Of a DNA stretch of 64,000 nucleotides, positions 56,701-64,000 are shown piece by piece. The stretch's first letter is position 1; every line of letters starts with the position of its first letter. Under the pieces are notes generated by a model. The model made no database searches. It was not told where the DNA came from and worked only from the letters and a program-made list of their open reading frames with translations. The DNA is taken from NCBI RefSeq assembly GCF_009914755.1, contig NC_060934.1; one strand, written 5' to 3'. The DNA comes from the human T2T-CHM13v2.0 reference genome, Homo sapiens. Both the position numbers and the translations under genes were made by a program.

Positions 56701-58640
56701 CAGGTTCCCTGAATATAGGTAAACTTATTCATTAAAAAATAATTACTTTGTGCTCATAATAGTAAAAAGAAACAATATTAACTGAATATATTGAACATTC
56801 ACTGTGTCCCAGACCCAGAACCATGCTGAACACTTGTGTGCATTATCTCACTTAATCATGAGAGCAACTCTATAAAGGAGATGCCATTTTAATTCCTATT
56901 TTACAAAGAGCCAAGGCTCAGAGACATTAAGAAGTTTGGCCAAGATCACAGAGCTCACAAAGAATCAGAGATTGTCTTCATATCTAGATTTGTACAGCTC
57001 CAGATCTATGATTTTGACCCAAACCTCACCTTGCCTTCTAACTATGAGTCAAGCATTGCTCTGGGTTCTGGGAACAAATCCGGCAGACCCATTTTCTTAT
57101 CTGTAGAGCCATCACATGCAGTTGCCAGACCTCATCCTACTCTAGGGATCCCTCCAGGTATTTGTAGGAAAGAAGGGGCTGGGCTTTGAGAAGGCCTGAG
57201 TATGGATAGGACAGTTGTCAGCAGCAGGTGGCACTGGATTCCCACATCCTACCTGCTCAGCCTCACACTGCGGGCTTCTTTCCCAGCAAGCATTCTCTGA
57301 CACTTGCTGATTACTGCCGGACAGAGTTAAGCTGGCCTGGGAAACATCTAGGAAAAAAAAAACCATGGTCAGCTAAAGGCTGGTGAAGACAAAAAGATTA
57401 TGGGATGGGTAGTGGAAAATTTTAATCACTAAATATGGCCTCATGTCTAGTTGAAGAAATGAGGATTGTGATGTCTATACATATTCTTCCTCACCTTGAT
57501 ATGCATATATTTTTATATATTAATTAATTTCCCCTTTCTTCTCTCTCTACTGGTTGATATTATGTATGTTAGTTGGAGTTAACCTTGTAACTTTTGGCTA
57601 CCCAGGAAAGCATACTAGAATTGTAATTAACATGAAGAATGAGTATCACTCAAACATGGATACAGGAACTTATGGGCTCTGGGCCTTCCCTTTTTGGGGA
57701 GAGGGTTTGTACACCTTTGTGTTAGTTAGTACACCTTTGTACTAGTTGCATTACATTAGATAGAAGCATGTTATTATTTGCAAGTTTAAATATAGGCATT
57801 TTTTCCTTGGTGTGTCATACATATGATAATATATTTTAATTATATTTTTTATCCATCTTCTTTTTGATGTTATTTTATGTGGGGCATTGTGTACAGAATA
57901 TCAATATATAGAACTAGAAAAGGATTGGGCATTACACAGTGAGCCTAGATATGGAGCTGGGTAAAATACCCAATAAGGCATTGCTTTAGGGAACATGAGT
58001 ACATATTTCTGGGGGTAGTTTTATTATTTCAGATGAGACCATTACTGTTGTGTGATTGGGAAGATTAAGTATAGAAGAAGGTCATGTGCTGTGTTGGACA
58101 GTTAAAGGAGTGAACTACAGTAGACATTTCTCATTCTCTTTGGCCATCCAGAAGCATTGGATATATTTCCTGTGCTTGAGGAATTTCCCACTTTATGTAT
58201 CATGGTGAGAGGTAAAGACTATCTCCTCCATGGATATTTCCTAGCCTCCCTTGTAGCTGAAAATTAGGCATTTGACTCTGGCTTTGCCACTTAGTTATAC
58301 TTTTCCAGACTTTGATTCAGAAGCTAATAACATAGAAAGAAATACCGAAGCATTCTGGTAGGGTTTGTGGCAGATACGTGAAGCCTGCAGAGGCAGATTT
58401 TCTCATTGTGACAGACAGTGCTTTACATCCATTGGGTCAATGAGGCAAGCTGCAATGTCTGTGCCCAGGGAGGATGGCAATGGTGACTCCACTGTTTCAG
58501 TTCTGTGGAGTAATTTGGGGGCCCTTCTCTGATGAAATACCAGGTCTGATTTTCTGGTCCTTCCAGAGTTTTCCTGTCTTTTAACACATTTTATTTCTGT
58601 TTAAAATAGCTTGACTTATTTGTTTACATTAAGAATTCTG

Positions 58641-59022
<382 letters not shown>

Positions 59023-59108
59023 TCACCAAATCACATTCACTTGAATTCATCATAACAGTACTTTTAAAATGAGTCTCTTCAAGGAATACTATTGTGTCAT
59101 ATATAAAT

Positions 59109-59231
59109 TAATGCTAAACGACGAGTTAATGGGTGCAGCACACCAACATGGCACATGTATACATATGTAACAAACCTGCACGTTGTGCACATGTACCCTA
59201 AAACTTAAAGTATAATAATAATAATAAAAAA
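59109..59231 (+). mobile_element. Very short, young L1PA 3' end
   Basis: taatgctaaacgacgagttaatgggtgcagcacaccaacatggcacatgtatacatatgtaacaaacctgcacgttgtgcacatgtaccctaaaacttaaagtataat plus tail. Confidence 0.92.
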
Positions 59232-60503
59232 GATAATTCTCTTTCTTTTTTTTCCCAAGTAATATAATGGATGAAAGTATGGTTGGTAGAATTAATCAAT
59301 AGTCACTATTCCTTGTGTCTGTTCAACTGGCTGCAAATGCTAGGTTCCTGTATTCCTTTACTCAGGGCTGTCCTGTGAGCAGACTAGGGATTGCTGTGGT
59401 CTAAGATAAAGCAAATTTTGGCCTGGATATAATTAGTACCAAAACTCTCTTGCCTGTACAGCTTGGCTTGGTGATGGCCAAATGTAAATACTATAAAATG
59501 TAAATGGATCCTAATGAGTAGAGATGGTTACCTACAAAATGCAGCTAAAAGTAGAATGAACCAAAGTACTTAAAGAAGGACAAGCTAAAAAACAAGACTT
59601 TATTAAAGTTGCAAAAGTCAGGAGAAAGCAGAGAGAAAGATAAGAAAGTGAACTCAGAATCAGGAACCAGGAAAGACTGGGATGAATCAGGAAAAAGACT
59701 AAAAGCAAAACGAGAGAAGTACTAGGTGGTGGGCAATGATCTGTAGTCTCCGGTTTACCTCTATTAATTATAAGATGAATAGTGTGTGAATTGCTTGAAC
59801 AAACCATAGATGCCCAGAGTTTATAAACTGAACCCTTATTCCCACAGAACTAGACTCCTGCTTTGACTCTCCACTCTGCAGTTAGTTTGATCACCTGCTT
59901 AAAGCAGGGCTAAGCTCCCAAATGGGAGGAAATGTATTATTGCTCTGAATTAAGCCTGTCCTTAGAGGTGGATTGGACTATTATCTAATCATTGCCAGAA
60001 GTAGGACATTAGATCAATATTCCAAAACCCAAGTCATTATTTTTTATAAGTGTCTGCCAAAATTTAAAAAGTATATGGAAACCTTTTTACAAAGTTTAGA
60101 CATTAAAGCAAGAACCGTCTGCATGAATGTGTACATGTGTTTTTGTATATGTATATTGTGTATATGAGTGTGATTTACATATATAAATCACTATAAATAA
60201 ATACACACGGTAAATTTAACACTACAAAAGGTAAAAGCCTTCTTCTATTTTCAGTACTATCCCTTAAAGGTAGCCACTACTGACAGTTTCTGTGTATATT
60301 TCCTAAAAGGTTTATATAATTATAGTGTATTAATATATGTAAATATTTATACATTTGTATCCTTTCCTTTTTAATACATATAAGAAATATACTATTTATC
60401 CTTTTACTCTATTCATTTAAAAACATGAATTGGAATTTTTTCTGTGCAAGCACATATAAATGCTTCATTCTTTTTAAAAAGTCGAGTGGTATTCCATTGT
60501 GTG

Positions 60504-60883
60504 TGTGTCAGTCCATTCTTGCATTGCTATAAAGAAATAACCTGAGACTGGGTAATTAATGACGAAAATAGGCTTAATTGACTCACATTTCCACTGGCTG
60601 TATAGGAAGCATGACTGAGAGGCCTTAGGAAACTTACAATCATGGAGGAAGTGAAAGGAAAGCAGGCACCTCTACAGGGAAGGAGAAGAAGGAAGAGAGA
60701 GAGTGAAGGGGGAGGTGCTACACACTTTCAAACAACCAGTGAGAACTCACTCACTATCATAAGAACAGTAAGGGGGAAGTCCGACCCCCATGATTCAATC
60801 ATCTCCCACCAGGCCCTCCTTCAACACTGAGGATTACAATTCAACATGAGATTTAGGTGAGGACACAGACCCAAACCATATCA
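60504..60883 (-). mobile_element. MST-type (MaLR) solo LTR within L1M
   Basis: gtccattcttgcattgctataaagaaat...gacacagacccaaaccatatca. Confidence 0.85.
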
Positions 60884-61276
60884 GTATGGATCTGTTGAAC
60901 CATATTTTATTTAACATATATGAGAGTTCCAATTGCTGTACTAAACAATGCTTAGTATTGCCAACCTTTTTAAATTTAGACATTCTCATGGGTGTAAAAT
61001 GGTATTTCATCGTGGCTTTAATATATAATTTCTTAATGACTAATAAAATTGAGCACATTTTAATATGTTTATTGGCCATTTTTTCTATACTTTTTTTGTG
61101 AAGTACTTGTTCAAGTTTCCCACTTTATGTATCATGTACATAAAGCTATTGCATTTTTCTATTGCATTATCTGCGTTATTCTTATTGACTTGTAGTAGAT
61201 CTTTATATATTCTGGATTTAAGCCCTTTTAAAATTATACATATATAATATTATATTGTAACTTTTGCTACATACAC

Positions 61277-61312
<36 letters not shown>

Positions 61313-61539
61313 ATACATATGTAGCAAAAGTTCTCTTATTCTGTGACTTGTTTTTGATTCTCTTAACAGTATTTTTTGGAGTACAGCAGTTCCCAGTTTT
61401 AATCAGGTCTAATTTAGCAATTACTTCCTTTATTGCTAGTGCCTTTGGGTTCCTGTTTAGTTAATCTCTTTTTATCCTAAAATAATAAAAAAAAATCTTA
61501 ACATTATCTTCTAGGATCTTATTGTTTTGTTTCTTTTAA

Positions 61540-62153
<614 letters not shown>

Positions 62154-62759
62154 CTGTTTCCTTTTAAATCTACAATCTGCATGTTTGATTTCTTTGTGAA
62201 TGGTATAAAGTAGAAGTTAAGATCCAATAATTTTTCCAAATGTTTATCTAGTTGACCCAGCACCATGTTTATTAAAAGACCATCATATTCTCCTCCGATA
62301 TGCAACATTACCTTTGTTATAAACCAAGTAGTTGTATTGTGTGGGTTTTATTTCTGGATTCCATTTTCCATTTCATTGACTTAATTACTGCTTTAATTAT
62401 TTTGGCTTTTAAGTCTTGATATTGAGGAGCTCATATTAGCCACATAGTTTTTCTTTCTAAGATCTTCCTGGTTCTTCTTCCTAAGTCTTTCCAAGATTTT
62501 TATAAAATCTTTAAGAGGGTTTTCACTTTTTTTGGCCTTTTGCATTTCCATATACATTTTAAAATCAGCTCATAAATTTCTAAGCCAAATTGGAAAACCC
62601 TGCTGATATTCTGATAGGAATTGCATTGAACCTATAGATTAATTTGGGGAGAAATTAACATCTGTATAATATTCTCTTCCACTTCATGAATATGGTATAT
62701 CTCTCCATTTATTTAGGTCATTTTCAATTTTTCAAAATGTTGTATAGTTTTCTGTGTAG

Positions 62760-63382
<623 letters not shown>

Positions 63383-64000
63383 TAAATTAATAGATGAAGA
63401 AGGTCCCCTTCTAATTCTATTTTGCTAAAAGATTTTATTGTGAATACATATACAATTTATCAAATGATTTATCTTTGTTTATTAAAATGATCATGTGATT
63501 TTTCTCCCTTATTCTGTTTATGTGGTACATTAAATTAATTGAGTTTTAAATGTTAAGTTCCCTTTCTTGGAATATGCACATCTAGGGTTGTGATGTATTG
63601 TTATTTTTATAAATTGCTAGATTTGTAATGCTTTCAATTCTGTTTTAAGAGAGATTGGCTCGTGATTTTCTTTTCTTATAATAACCTTGTCAGAGTTTGG
63701 AATCTAAGGTTATACTTCTACATAGAACAAGTAGGGAAGTGTTTCCCAGTTGCTGTTCTCTGGAAAAGTTTGGGTGTGACTGGCATTATCTTTCTTTAAA
63801 TGTTTGGAAGAATTCACCAATGCAGTTATCTAAGCCTAAATCTTTTGATAAAAGGCTTTCAGATATGTGTTTAATTTCTTTAAAATGTATAGTACAATTC
63901 AAATTTCTATTTCTTTTTTTCTTATGAATTCATTCTTTCTATCTAAATATGTAAATCAGTAAATGTACTGACAACAGATTACACATTATTTTCACTTAAT

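Overview
Primate (almost certainly human) genomic DNA, not microbial. About 1-23,075 is the 3' end of a + strand gene that I recognise from its C-terminal peptides as CCSER2 (FAM190B). It contains an 85-nt cassette exon (4368-4452), a candidate 10-nt neural-type microexon (11853-11862), and a terminal exon from 18006 that can be read in all three frames, followed by a ~4.2-kb 3'UTR ending at tandem AATAAA signals. The most interesting structure is a frame-switch system. Skipping the 3n+1 cassettes gives a 272-aa tail with three SxIP/SxLP EB1-binding-type motifs, including one gives a short motif-free tail, and including both would open a third frame. All three stops lie in the last exon, so none should trigger junction-dependent NMD. 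The rest is intergenic and repeat-rich: a deleted HERV-W (LTR17/HERV17) provirus nested in a p53-site-bearing MER61 LTR nested in an old L1, a full THE1 element, many Alus, an orphan CpG island (~45.1-45.9 kb) and several strong CTCF motifs. Nearly all other ORFs in the track come from Alu, L1 or LTR sequence or are GC-rich noise. Repeat family names and the gene identity rest on recalled consensus sequences, not on a search.
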